The position numbers and the translations under genes are program-made. Below the pieces are notes generated by a model. That model was not told where the DNA came from, made no database searches, and was given only the letters and a program-made list of their open reading frames with translations. Below, one piece after another: positions 1-9,459 of a stretch of DNA of 64,000 nt. The DNA comes from a virus, in IMG/VR virus record IMGVR_UViG_3300027659_003120, positions 27,817-91,816 of that record; one strand, given 5' to 3'. Every line of letters begins with the position of its first letter. Within the stretch, counting starts at the first letter, position 1.

Positions 1-462
1 GAAGACATAAGATATTATAAAGGTTTAAGAACGACTACACACTTTCACCCAAATGGAATTAAAGAATCATTTGAATCTATAATGGGTAAAAAAATTAACA
101 ATTTTGATGGAGGCATCAATGGTTGTTTTCAAATAACTACAGCAAATGATGTTCAGGTGTATCATTATGATTTACAAACTTGGGCTGCTATGATATACTT
201 GACGCCAAATGCTCCTATTGAAAGTGGAACTAGATTACATCGCTCAAAGATTAATGGCACAAGACATTCAAGTGAGCCCAATATAGATGATGCGTTTACT
301 GGTGGCTTCTTGGATTCTACAAAATTTGAGGTTACCGATTCGGCTGCTAATATATACAATAGACTAGTCATTATGGATGCAAAATGTATTCATTCAGCAG
401 GTGCATATTTTGGCGACAACAAATATAATGGTAGACTAACTCATTTATTCTTTTTTGATTAA
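1..462 (+). CDS. 2OG-Fe(II) oxygenase-like protein (DUF6445-like), 5'-truncated by window
   Basis: Frame is open from base 1 (EDIRYYKGLRT...). HYD (HxD), WAAMIYLTP, NRLV, distal H (CIHS) and RLTHLFFF match the double-stranded beta-helix oxygenase pattern. Confidence 0.7.
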   Translation, partial: EDIRYYKGLRTTTHFHPNGIKESFESIMGKKINNFDGGINGCFQITTANDVQVYHYDLQTWAAMIYLTPNAPIESGTRLHRSKINGTRHSSEPNIDDAFTGGFLDSTKFEVTDSAANIYNRLVIMDAKCIHSAGAYFGDNKYNGRLTHLFFFD

Positions 463-464
463 TT

Positions 465-1736
465 ATGAAAAATTTGAAATTTAGTATTATTACTCCATCA
501 CATGATCCAGGAAACATTCCTTACTTGTTAGAAGCATTTGAAAGTTTGTGTGAACAAACTCATGCCAATTGGGAATGGATATTAGCTATAAACAATAAAT
601 TTTTACCACAACTTGTTCCAAAGATAATCAAAGAACATCCAAAAGTAAAAATATATCATACTTATATTGAATCATCAAATATTGGTGCAATTAAGCATGA
701 ATCATTTTTCTTGGGTGAGGGTGATGTTTTAGTAGAACTAGACCATGATGATATGCTTACTTCTAATTGTTTGAAGAAATTAAACGAAGCATATCAAGAT
801 GATGATGTTGGATTTGTTTATAGTGATAATGCAACATTACATATGGAGAACAATTTTATTCCATTTAATAATTCATACGGCTGGACACATAGGCCGTTTG
901 AGTGGAAAGACAAAGAACTCATTGCAATGAATTCTTTCAAACCAACAAGCCATGCAATGTCTTATATTTGGTTTGCTCCAGACCATGTTAGGTCATGGAG
1001 AAAAGAACATTATGTCAATATTGGTGGACATAATCCTGATATGTTTGTTTGTGAAGACCATGAATTGTGTATTAGAACTTACCTAACTACAAAAATGGTT
1101 TTTATACCTGAACCACTTTATGTTTACAGAATAACAGGAAACAATACTTCTATAAACAAAAGAAATCCAGAAATTCAACAAAAGACTAAAGAACTACATG
1201 CTCAGTATGCACAAAAATTGGCAGAGAAAGATGCTAAGGATAGAAAATTATTATGTGTGGATATTGGTGGAGGTTTGAATCCTTATCCAAATTATTTATC
1301 TATTGATTTAAGAAAAGATGCGGATGTCATACATGACTTAAATGATGGTATACCTCTCAGAGATAACACGGTAGGTGTACTAAACGCAAGTCATATACTA
1401 GAACACTTGCACGATAAGACGAAAATAATGGCAGAAATACATCGTGTATTAGCACCGGGAGGATGGGCGTTCATTCAAGTTCCAAGTACCGATGGAAGAG
1501 GTGCATTTCAAGACCCAACACATGTTAGTTACTGGAACGAAAATTGCTTTTTATATTATACCGATGCATATTTGGCTAATTTTATAGATAACAAAGATAT
1601 CCGTTTTCAAGAATATCGTAGAGAGACATACTTTCCTAATGAATGGATGAAAAATCTAGGCGTATGTGTCACGGACGCTTGGTTAGTTGCAATTAAAGAT
1701 GATATGCCAAGATTACCTGGTCCATTAAAGATATAA
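465..1736 (+). CDS. GT2 glycosyltransferase fused to C-terminal class I SAM methyltransferase-like domain
   Basis: FSIITPSH, ELDHDD (DxD), EDHEL in N-part; VDIGGG, SHILEHL, RVLAPGG, QDPTH in C-part. Confidence 0.8.
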   Translation: MKNLKFSIITPSHDPGNIPYLLEAFESLCEQTHANWEWILAINNKFLPQLVPKIIKEHPKVKIYHTYIESSNIGAIKHESFFLGEGDVLVELDHDDMLTSNCLKKLNEAYQDDDVGFVYSDNATLHMENNFIPFNNSYGWTHRPFEWKDKELIAMNSFKPTSHAMSYIWFAPDHVRSWRKEHYVNIGGHNPDMFVCEDHELCIRTYLTTKMVFIPEPLYVYRITGNNTSINKRNPEIQQKTKELHAQYAQKLAEKDAKDRKLLCVDIGGGLNPYPNYLSIDLRKDADVIHDLNDGIPLRDNTVGVLNASHILEHLHDKTKIMAEIHRVLAPGGWAFIQVPSTDGRGAFQDPTHVSYWNENCFLYYTDAYLANFIDNKDIRFQEYRRETYFPNEWMKNLGVCVTDAWLVAIKDDMPRLPGPLKI

Positions 1737-1739
1737 ATA
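1732..1739 (+). promoter_or_regulatory. T4-type late promoter TATAAATA
   Basis: Exact gp55 consensus just upstream of gp13. Confidence 0.8.
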
Positions 1740-1763
1740 GATAATAACTATTGGAAACTATAA

Positions 1764-2723
1764 ATGGCTAAACCCACAACTAGAGCAACATTCAAAGACT
1801 ACTGCTTACGCAGATTAGGTCATCCAGTGATTCAAATCAATGTAGACGATGACCAGGTTGAAGACCGCATAGATGATGCACTACAATTCTTTGAGGACTA
1901 TCATTTTGATGGTTGCGAAGAAATTTATATGAAACATAAAATCACACAAACTGACATTAACCGCAGGTATATTCCTTGCCCAGATGCAGTTATTTTTGTG
2001 ACCGGTATCATACCATTTGACCAGTCTTCTTCATCAATCAATATGTTTGATTTGCGTTACCAATTGCGGTTGCATGATTTATATGACTTCACATCCGTGT
2101 CATATGTTTCATATGAGATTACCATGCAACACATTCGTACTTTGAATTTATTGTTCTCCGGAACACCGATGTTCAGATTTAATCGTAAACAAAATAAAAT
2201 TTTCTTAGACATTGATTGGTCTAGAGATTTACTAGTTGGAGATTATGTAGTGGTTCAGTGTTATCGTGCTATGCGACCAGACACTGTTACTTTAACTGGC
2301 ACATTAGCAGGCAACACAGTTTCTAATATCATTGTTGGAACATCAACAATATTTGACCAAGAAGTAATTGAGAATGATTTTATTACTCTGTCAAGCGGAG
2401 AAGAAGTTCAAATTAGTAAAATAAATTCTCCAACAAATATACAAATTATTGGAACCGGGTTATCTTCAAATGTAACATCCAACACCGCAACTAAAACCGG
2501 CATTTCTGATGTATGGGATGATAGATTTCTTAAAAGATATGGTACAGCATTAATTAAAAAACAGTGGGGAGAAAATTTGAAAAAATTTGGAGGAATTCAG
2601 ATGCCTGGTGGCGTAACTCTAAATGGAAAAGAAATTTGGGACGAAGCAGACACTGAAATTAAATCTATAGAAGAAGAAATGTATAATTTTAATAGTTTAC
2701 CTAGTGAAATATTTACAGGTTAA
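1764..2723 (+). CDS. gp13: neck protein gp13
   Basis: YCLRRLGHPVIQINVDDDQVEDRIDDALQ and KKQWGENLKKFGGIQMPGGVTLNG; first gene of the T4 gp13-gp23 block. Confidence 0.93.
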   Translation: MAKPTTRATFKDYCLRRLGHPVIQINVDDDQVEDRIDDALQFFEDYHFDGCEEIYMKHKITQTDINRRYIPCPDAVIFVTGIIPFDQSSSSINMFDLRYQLRLHDLYDFTSVSYVSYEITMQHIRTLNLLFSGTPMFRFNRKQNKIFLDIDWSRDLLVGDYVVVQCYRAMRPDTVTLTGTLAGNTVSNIIVGTSTIFDQEVIENDFITLSSGEEVQISKINSPTNIQIIGTGLSSNVTSNTATKTGISDVWDDRFLKRYGTALIKKQWGENLKKFGGIQMPGGVTLNGKEIWDEADTEIKSIEEEMYNFNSLPSEIFTG

Positions 2724-2735
2724 TCGGAGTTTAAA

Positions 2736-3641
2736 ATTCCTACTAATTTCTATTTTAACAATTTTCCTCAACATCAAATAACTAGTGAGCAATTACTAGT
2801 AGAGGACCTCGTCATAGAAGCCATGCAAATACATGGTATGGATGTTTTCTATCTTCCAAGAACAAGTAGAGATTCTGTTGATATGTTATATGGTGAAGAC
2901 ACTATAAAAGAATATCGCACTGCTCATGCTATAGAAATGTACCTTGAAAATGTTACAGGTATGGATGGCGAAGGTGATTTTATTTCTAAATTTGGTCTAG
3001 AAATTAGAGATGAATTAACTTTACTTTTAGCCAGAAGACGTTTCTCGGCTACAGTGCCTTTAACACGCCCGAGAGAAGGTGATTTAGTTTATATTCCTTT
3101 AGTAAAGAACTTTTTTGAAATTTCTTTTATTGAACATGAAAATGACCAAGCAATGTTCTATACTCTTGGTAGAGGGCGAGCTGGTAATGTATATGTTTAT
3201 GCATTGAAATTAAAACAATTTGTATTTAGTGAAGAAATAATATCTACCGGAATTGATGAAATTGATGACCAAATATTTAATAGTTATAAACGTGTTTCAT
3301 TACCATTAGCAAATACTGTTGTATTTCCAGCAGGTACCGGTTCATTTGTTCCTGGAGAAATTATTTACCAAGGCACTTCATTAGCCACAGCAAACGCACA
3401 AGCAATAGTGTATTCATATACCGCACACAGTTCAATAGATGTAATTAGAGTTCAAGGAACATTTACTACTGCTAATGTACGTGGAAATACAAGTAGTGCA
3501 TTAAGAAAAACTATTGGGTATAATGATGACTCTCAAGTTGGTAATAATATATTTGAAGATTTTGCTGATAATGTTAGAGTAGAAACAGAAGCAGATTCTA
3601 TTTTAGATTTCTCTGAAAATAATCCATTTGGAGAAGCTTAA
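2736..3641 (+). CDS. gp14: neck protein gp14 (probable ATT start at 2736; ORF track starts at ATG 2823)
   Basis: EQLLVEDLVIEAMQIHGMDVFYLPR, SKFGLEIRDE, RPREGDL, DFSENNPFGE; GGAG at 2726-2729 precedes in-frame ATT. Confidence 0.9.
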   Translation: MPTNFYFNNFPQHQITSEQLLVEDLVIEAMQIHGMDVFYLPRTSRDSVDMLYGEDTIKEYRTAHAIEMYLENVTGMDGEGDFISKFGLEIRDELTLLLARRRFSATVPLTRPREGDLVYIPLVKNFFEISFIEHENDQAMFYTLGRGRAGNVYVYALKLKQFVFSEEIISTGIDEIDDQIFNSYKRVSLPLANTVVFPAGTGSFVPGEIIYQGTSLATANAQAIVYSYTAHSSIDVIRVQGTFTTANVRGNTSSALRKTIGYNDDSQVGNNIFEDFADNVRVETEADSILDFSENNPFGEA

Positions 3642-3643
3642 AA

Positions 3644-4645
3644 ATGTTAAATAATTCTCATTTTTATAATAGAACAATACGAAAAGTTGTAGTAGGGTTT
3701 GGTACAATATTCAATGATATATTATTGGTTCGTTATAATAGAGCAGGAACTGTAGAGCATGAAAGAATTCGTGTGCCGCTTACATACAGCCCTAAAGAAA
3801 AATTTATTACTAGACTTACATCAGACCCAGATTTAACAAAATCTATAGCCACTTATGTACCAAGAATATCTTTTGATTTGGTTGGTCTAGCTTACGATTC
3901 TTCAAGAAAATTTAACACAATAAATAAAAACTTCTCTGTCAACACTGTTTCCGGTGCAGCAAGTTCTCAATATGCTCCAGTTCCGTATAATTTTGATTTT
4001 AATTTATCAATTTATGTCCGAAATACTGAAGATGGCACACAAATTTTAGAACAAATATTGCCGTATTTTACGCCAGATTTTACTGTAACATTAGATTACA
4101 TTTCAACTTTGGGGCGAAAATATGATATGCCAGTTATACTCAATAGTGTAACTCCAGAAATAGAGTATGAAGGAGATATGTCCAGCACTAGAATTGTTAT
4201 CTGGAACTTGACATTCACTGCTAAGGCTTATATTTTTCCTCCTGTAAATACTGCAGGATTAATTAAGCAAGCTAACACTAACATATTTACAGATACCAGA
4301 AGCACTCTATCACAAAAAGTTTATGTAGATTATGCAAACGGTTCTGGTGTTTTAGTTACTGGTGAAGGGTTTAGAGATATCGCAAATACGAAAACCGGAA
4401 CTATTGTTTATTTTGCTAATAATAGTTTAGGAATTTTAGTAGTTTCTGACATGAATGAGTTACTAGAAGAAAATGATGTTATTGTTGGAGATTATTCTAA
4501 TGCTAGATATACGATAGACACTGTTGATATGAATCCACTAAGGACTGTAGCAATAATAACAGTACCAGACCCAATCACCGCAAACGCATCTTCTAATTAT
4601 TCATATACAGAAACAATTACTGAATTTCCAAATTCTCTAACATGA
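3644..4645 (+). CDS. gp15: tail sheath stabiliser / completion protein gp15
   Basis: HFYNRTIRKVVVGFGTIFNDI, QILEQILPYFTPDF; synteny. Confidence 0.92.
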   Translation: MLNNSHFYNRTIRKVVVGFGTIFNDILLVRYNRAGTVEHERIRVPLTYSPKEKFITRLTSDPDLTKSIATYVPRISFDLVGLAYDSSRKFNTINKNFSVNTVSGAASSQYAPVPYNFDFNLSIYVRNTEDGTQILEQILPYFTPDFTVTLDYISTLGRKYDMPVILNSVTPEIEYEGDMSSTRIVIWNLTFTAKAYIFPPVNTAGLIKQANTNIFTDTRSTLSQKVYVDYANGSGVLVTGEGFRDIANTKTGTIVYFANNSLGILVVSDMNELLEENDVIVGDYSNARYTIDTVDMNPLRTVAIITVPDPITANASSNYSYTETITEFPNSLT

Positions 4646-5028
4646 AAAAATTAAATGAAAATCTATCTAATATTTTCGGAGTCCGTCCATTAGAGGAAGG
4701 AGAGTCTTCTTTAGTTGAAATTATACCATCTGAAGTTGATTCTGATTTTGAATTTGCTAGAAATAACATTAGATTATTAGCAGAAAAAGGACAAGTTGCT
4801 GTAGACCATATTATTCAAGTAGCAAAAGCAACAGACCATCCTAGAGCTTATGAAGTTGTTGCAACTCTTATCAAAAGTATGTCTGAGGTAAACAAAGATT
4901 TGATTGAACTACAAAAAAGAAAAAAAGATTTATCACCAATTAAAGAACCAACTATTGTGAATGTAGAGAAGGCAGTGTTCGTTGGCTCTACACGAGAATT
5001 AATTAATCAAATTAAACAGGTACAGTAA
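4642..5028 (+). CDS. gp16: terminase small subunit gp16
   Basis: DFEFARNN, HPRAYEV, VFVGSTREL. Confidence 0.92.
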   Translation: MKKLNENLSNIFGVRPLEEGESSLVEIIPSEVDSDFEFARNNIRLLAEKGQVAVDHIIQVAKATDHPRAYEVVATLIKSMSEVNKDLIELQKRKKDLSPIKEPTIVNVEKAVFVGSTRELINQIKQVQ

Positions 5029-5029
5029 A

Positions 5030-5467
5030 ATGGAAGAACTCATTCAACAATTAAAGGTAATATTAGCTACGAACTTTGCTTTATATTTAAAGACACATAA
5101 TTATCATTGGAACATAGAAGGTTCAAATTTTCCTCAATATCATACATTTTTAGATGTTCTGTATAATGCAATATTCCTTCAAAATGATCCTATAGCAGAA
5201 CACATTAGGTATCTTGATGCATATGCACCAGGTTCGTTTACTAGATTTCAAGAGCTATCTACTGTTAAAGACCAATACTTAATACCAACCCCCAATAAGA
5301 TGTTTGAAGAATTAAAAGAGGATAATGAAAAATACATCATAGAATTGAGGGCTGGCATTGAATTAGCAGACGATGCAGACGAGCCTGCAATTGGAAATTT
5401 TCTACAAGAGTTGTTAGGCGCACACCAAAAACATTCTTGGATGTTAAGAAGCATTCTTAAATCATGA
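5030..5467 (+). CDS. dps: Dps / ferritin-like protein
   Basis: KTHNYHWNIEG-NFPQYH, DPIAEHIR, KHSWML: Dps ferroxidase-centre signature. Confidence 0.88.
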   Translation: MEELIQQLKVILATNFALYLKTHNYHWNIEGSNFPQYHTFLDVLYNAIFLQNDPIAEHIRYLDAYAPGSFTRFQELSTVKDQYLIPTPNKMFEELKEDNEKYIIELRAGIELADDADEPAIGNFLQELLGAHQKHSWMLRSILKS

Positions 5468-7095
5468 TAGATGGTTATTTAGGTAATTCAAAACTAAAAA
5501 AACCTGGCATAGAAATAGAATATTCCCAGGAACAATTAATTGAAATTACAAAGTGCATTAAAGACCCAGTACATTTTATTAAAAACTATGTAAAGATTGT
5601 CAATGTAGACAGAGGTTTGATTTCATTTGATATGTGGCCATTTCAAGAAGAAATGATTCGTGGATTTCATAGTAATCGGTTCTCAATATGTAAAATGCCT
5701 CGGCAGATTGGAAAAACTACTACATCAGCAAGTTATATGCTTTGGTGTATATTATTTTCAGATGATTATAAGATAGCCATCTTAGCGAATAAAGGTGATT
5801 TGGCAAGAGAGATTTTAGGAAGAATAAAGTATGCTTACGAATATTTACCTATTTGGTTACAACAAGGTATTATTGAATGGAACAAAGGAAACATTATTCT
5901 TGAAAATGGTTCCATGATATCAGCATATGCTACAAGCGCAAGTGGTGTCCGTGGAGGTACTTATAATTTAGTTTTTCTTGATGAATTTGCTTTCGTTCCG
6001 CACAATATGGCACAAGAATTTTTTACGTCCACCTATCCGGTAATCTCTTCTGGTAAAAGCACAAAGGTTATTATAGTATCAACTCCTCATGGATTAAATC
6101 AATTTTACAAGATGTGGATAGATGCGGTTGAGCAAAGGTCTACTTACATACCTTTTGAGGTACACTGGTCTATGGTGCCAGGGCGTGATGAAAAATGGAA
6201 AGAAGAAACGATTAGAAACACAAGCGAAGAGCAATTTAGGCAGGAATTTGAATGCGAATTTTTAGGTTCTTCGGCTACATTGATACCGGGTTCTAAATTA
6301 AAATCTCTTGTTTTTAGTAAGCCACTATCGTCAAAAGAAGGTATTGATATATACGAAGAACCAAAATCTGGGCATACTTATATCGCTATTGTAGATTCGG
6401 CCGAAGGAGTTGCGAGAGATTATTCGGTGGTTTCAATAGTTGATGTAACAGAGATACCTTATAGACATGTTGCTAAGTACCGGGATAATAAGATATCTCC
6501 TCTTATCTTTCCTACAATGGTTTATAATATTGCCAATAAATATAACCGCGCTTATATACTAGTAGAGACTAATAATATTGGTCAGCAAGTTGTTGACATT
6601 TTACATTTTGATTTGGAATATGAAAATATATTTAGAATTGAAAGCCATGAGATAAAAGGACAACACATTTCAAGTGGGTTTAAAAAAGGCGCAGCTTATG
6701 GGGTTAAAACTTCCAAAACAGTAAAAAAGATTGGTTGCGCTAATTTAAAGACATTGATTGAGAGCGATAAGCTTTCTACTCCAGATTTTGACACTATCGC
6801 CGAACTAAATACATTCGTGAGGAATAAAGATTCTTATGCCGCAGAAGAAGGCAATAATGATGATATTGTAATGACTTTGGTACTTTTTTCATGGCTAACA
6901 GCACAAAGTTATTTTAAAGAAATCACAAATTCCGATGTTAGACAGAAATTGTTGGACGAAAGAAACATTCAAATGGATGAAGAAATGTTGCCTATGGGTA
7001 TTTTGAATGACGGGCTGGAAGAACAAAAACACTTTGATGGCGAAGACCTCTGGACTTTAACTAAGAACAGAGGGTATTTTTCGTCAACTTTATAA
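5464..7095 (+). CDS. gp17: terminase large subunit gp17
   Basis: PRQIGKTT Walker A, LDEFAF Walker B, IIVSTPHG, FRQEFEC, NDDIVM. Confidence 0.96.
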   Translation: MIDGYLGNSKLKKPGIEIEYSQEQLIEITKCIKDPVHFIKNYVKIVNVDRGLISFDMWPFQEEMIRGFHSNRFSICKMPRQIGKTTTSASYMLWCILFSDDYKIAILANKGDLAREILGRIKYAYEYLPIWLQQGIIEWNKGNIILENGSMISAYATSASGVRGGTYNLVFLDEFAFVPHNMAQEFFTSTYPVISSGKSTKVIIVSTPHGLNQFYKMWIDAVEQRSTYIPFEVHWSMVPGRDEKWKEETIRNTSEEQFRQEFECEFLGSSATLIPGSKLKSLVFSKPLSSKEGIDIYEEPKSGHTYIAIVDSAEGVARDYSVVSIVDVTEIPYRHVAKYRDNKISPLIFPTMVYNIANKYNRAYILVETNNIGQQVVDILHFDLEYENIFRIESHEIKGQHISSGFKKGAAYGVKTSKTVKKIGCANLKTLIESDKLSTPDFDTIAELNTFVRNKDSYAAEEGNNDDIVMTLVLFSWLTAQSYFKEITNSDVRQKLLDERNIQMDEEMLPMGILNDGLEEQKHFDGEDLWTLTKNRGYFSSTL

Positions 7096-7098
7096 AAT

Positions 7099-7106
7099 CA
7101 TAAATA
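7099..7106 (+). promoter_or_regulatory. late promoter variant CATAAATA
   Basis: Intergenic, upstream of AAGGAG and gp18. Confidence 0.7.
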
Positions 7107-7150
7107 GATAATACAATTTAGTTCTATAATAATAAAAAGGAGAACACAAA

Positions 7151-8833
7151 ATGGCTTTCCAATTATCACCAGGTGTTAATGTCTCTGAAATTGACTTGAC
7201 AACAGTGGTTCCTTCTGTTGCAACTACAATAGGAGGTTTAACCGGCGAATTTTTATGGGGACCGGCTAACGAAATCACTATCATTAACAATGAAGTACAA
7301 CTTGCAGAAAGATTTGGTAAACCTGATGCAAATACTGCTCAGACTTTTTTTACCGCAGCTAACTTTCTTTCTTATGGTTCGGATTTAAGAGTTGTTCGTT
7401 CTGTTGGCGCTAACGCTAAAAATGCTACTGCAAATAGTTCAGCAAACACAGTATTAATTGAAAACAATACTGATTATGAACAAAATCATTCATCAAATAC
7501 TACAACAAGTTTTCATGCAAAATGGGCTGGAGCTTTAGGAAATTCTATCAAAGTTTCTATGGCCGATTCCCTATCAAATACTACTTTATATTCAGCTTGG
7601 ACTTACTCTGGAGAGTTTGATTCTATACCAGCAACTTCAACTTTTGCTTCACGTACAAGTTCTGCTAATGATGAAATGCATATTATAGTTTTAGATGTTA
7701 CAGGTAAACTATCAGGCACAGCTGGAACAATTCTAGAAAAATTTGCATTCGTTTCTAAAGCATCTGATGCTAAAAATCCAGACGGTTCTTCTAATTACTA
7801 TGTAGATGTAATAAATTCTCGGTCAAAATATTTATGGTGGGGTGGGCATCTTGCAGCCAATTGGGGAACATCTTCTGCTGCTACAGTCAATTATGCAAAT
7901 ATGACGGCAAACACCACTGCAACATTATCGGGTGGAATAGACGTAACACCTACAGCAGGTAATATTAACACTTCCTCAGATAAATTTGCTAATCCAGATG
8001 CTGTAGATGTTTCATTAATAATGGCTGGACCTACTACTGGAACAACAATTCCTAATTATTTAATTGCTTTAGCTGAAAGTCGTAAAGATTGTGTAGTTTT
8101 TGTTTCTCCGCCAAAGAGTGATGTTGTATATGCTGGCGCTGGAGCAGAAGTCACAAACATAACAACAACAGCAGGAACATACACTAAATCTAGTTTTGCA
8201 GTTATGGATACAGGTTGGAAATATCAATTTGATAAGTATAATGATGTTTATCGTTGGGTACCTCTAAACGGTGATATTGCTGGACTATGCGCTAGAACAG
8301 ACAATGAAAGAGACCCATGGTTTTCACCTGCTGGATTAAATAGAGGTGTAATTAAAAATGTTGTTAAACTTGCGTGGAATCCAACAAAAGCTGAACGGGA
8401 TACTTTATATAAACTAGGCGTTAATCCTGTTGTTACTTTTCCTGGTGAAGGCACTATTCTATATGGTGATAAAACACTATTGAATAAACCAAGTGCATTT
8501 GATAGAATAAATGTTAGAAGATTGTTCATCGTATTAGAAAAATCTATTGCTAAAGCAGCAAGGTCTTCTTTGTTTGAATTCAATGATGAATTTACAAGAG
8601 CATCTTTCATTAATCTTGTAGAACCATTTTTGCGAGATGTGCAGGGTCGCAGAGGAATATATGATTTCCGTGTTGTATGTGATACAACAAATAACACAGG
8701 AGAAATTATTGACAAGAATCAATTTGTTGGTGACATATACATTAAACCGGCACGGTCTATCAATTACATTCAACTGAATTTCGTTGCAGTAAGAACTGGC
8801 GTAGCATTTGAAGAAATTGTTGGAAAATTTTAA
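7151..8833 (+). CDS. gp18: contractile tail sheath gp18
   Basis: MAFQLSPGVNVSEIDLT, PWFSPAGLNRG, FDRINVRRLF, IYIKPARSIN. Confidence 0.96.
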   Translation: MAFQLSPGVNVSEIDLTTVVPSVATTIGGLTGEFLWGPANEITIINNEVQLAERFGKPDANTAQTFFTAANFLSYGSDLRVVRSVGANAKNATANSSANTVLIENNTDYEQNHSSNTTTSFHAKWAGALGNSIKVSMADSLSNTTLYSAWTYSGEFDSIPATSTFASRTSSANDEMHIIVLDVTGKLSGTAGTILEKFAFVSKASDAKNPDGSSNYYVDVINSRSKYLWWGGHLAANWGTSSAATVNYANMTANTTATLSGGIDVTPTAGNINTSSDKFANPDAVDVSLIMAGPTTGTTIPNYLIALAESRKDCVVFVSPPKSDVVYAGAGAEVTNITTTAGTYTKSSFAVMDTGWKYQFDKYNDVYRWVPLNGDIAGLCARTDNERDPWFSPAGLNRGVIKNVVKLAWNPTKAERDTLYKLGVNPVVTFPGEGTILYGDKTLLNKPSAFDRINVRRLFIVLEKSIAKAARSSLFEFNDEFTRASFINLVEPFLRDVQGRRGIYDFRVVCDTTNNTGEIIDKNQFVGDIYIKPARSINYIQLNFVAVRTGVAFEEIVGKF

Positions 8834-8861
8834 TAAATATAGAGAGATAGGAGAAAAATAA

Positions 8862-9407
8862 ATGGCATTTAACATTAACGAATTCCGCTCTCAGATGCAG
8901 GGAGATGGAGCAAGACCAAATTTATTTGAAGTCACGCTTCCTTTTCCCGCATTCTCTTTGCCCGGAAATGCACAAACTAAATTGAGTTTTTTATGTAAAA
9001 CTGCTCAATTGCCAGGTTCATCATTAGGAACAATTCCAATCCAATATTTCGGACGAGAATTAAAATTTGCTGGAAATAGGTCATTTCAAGATTGGAGTAT
9101 CACCATCATTAATGATGAAGATTTCCTTATCAGAAATGCATTTGAGCGTTGGATGAATGGTATCAATAGTCACAATCTAAATATTCGTAACCCAATTGCG
9201 GCAACACAATTAGGATACAGTGTAGATGGTGAAGTTCGTCAATATGGAAAATCAGGTTCTGTTCTGAAGAAATACAAATTTATTGGATTATTCCCAACAG
9301 ACCTCTCAGCAATTGATGTTGATTGGGGTTCTAATGATGCAATTGAAGATTTTACTGTTAACCTTACCTATCAATGGTGGGAATCAGTAGAGGATGCAGT
9401 AGTCTAA
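8862..9407 (+). CDS. gp19: tail tube gp19
   Basis: GARPNLFEV, GRELKFAGNRSFQDW, YQWW. Confidence 0.95.
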   Translation: MAFNINEFRSQMQGDGARPNLFEVTLPFPAFSLPGNAQTKLSFLCKTAQLPGSSLGTIPIQYFGRELKFAGNRSFQDWSITIINDEDFLIRNAFERWMNGINSHNLNIRNPIAATQLGYSVDGEVRQYGKSGSVLKKYKFIGLFPTDLSAIDVDWGSNDAIEDFTVNLTYQWWESVEDAVV

Positions 9408-9409
9408 GT

Positions 9410-9439
9410 AGGAGGGGAACTCACGTTTCCCTCTTTTTT
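9410..9439 (+). terminator. intrinsic terminator after gp19
   Basis: GGAGGGGAAC-TCAC-GTTTCCCTCT hairpin followed by T run. Confidence 0.75.
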
Positions 9440-9459
9440 ATAATGTAAAGGAAATAACC

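Noticed and set aside
2721-2738. Stop-codon read-through fusing gp13 and gp14 (same frame)
   Set aside because: TAA is an efficient stop and a well-spaced GGAG before ATT explains gp14 more simply.
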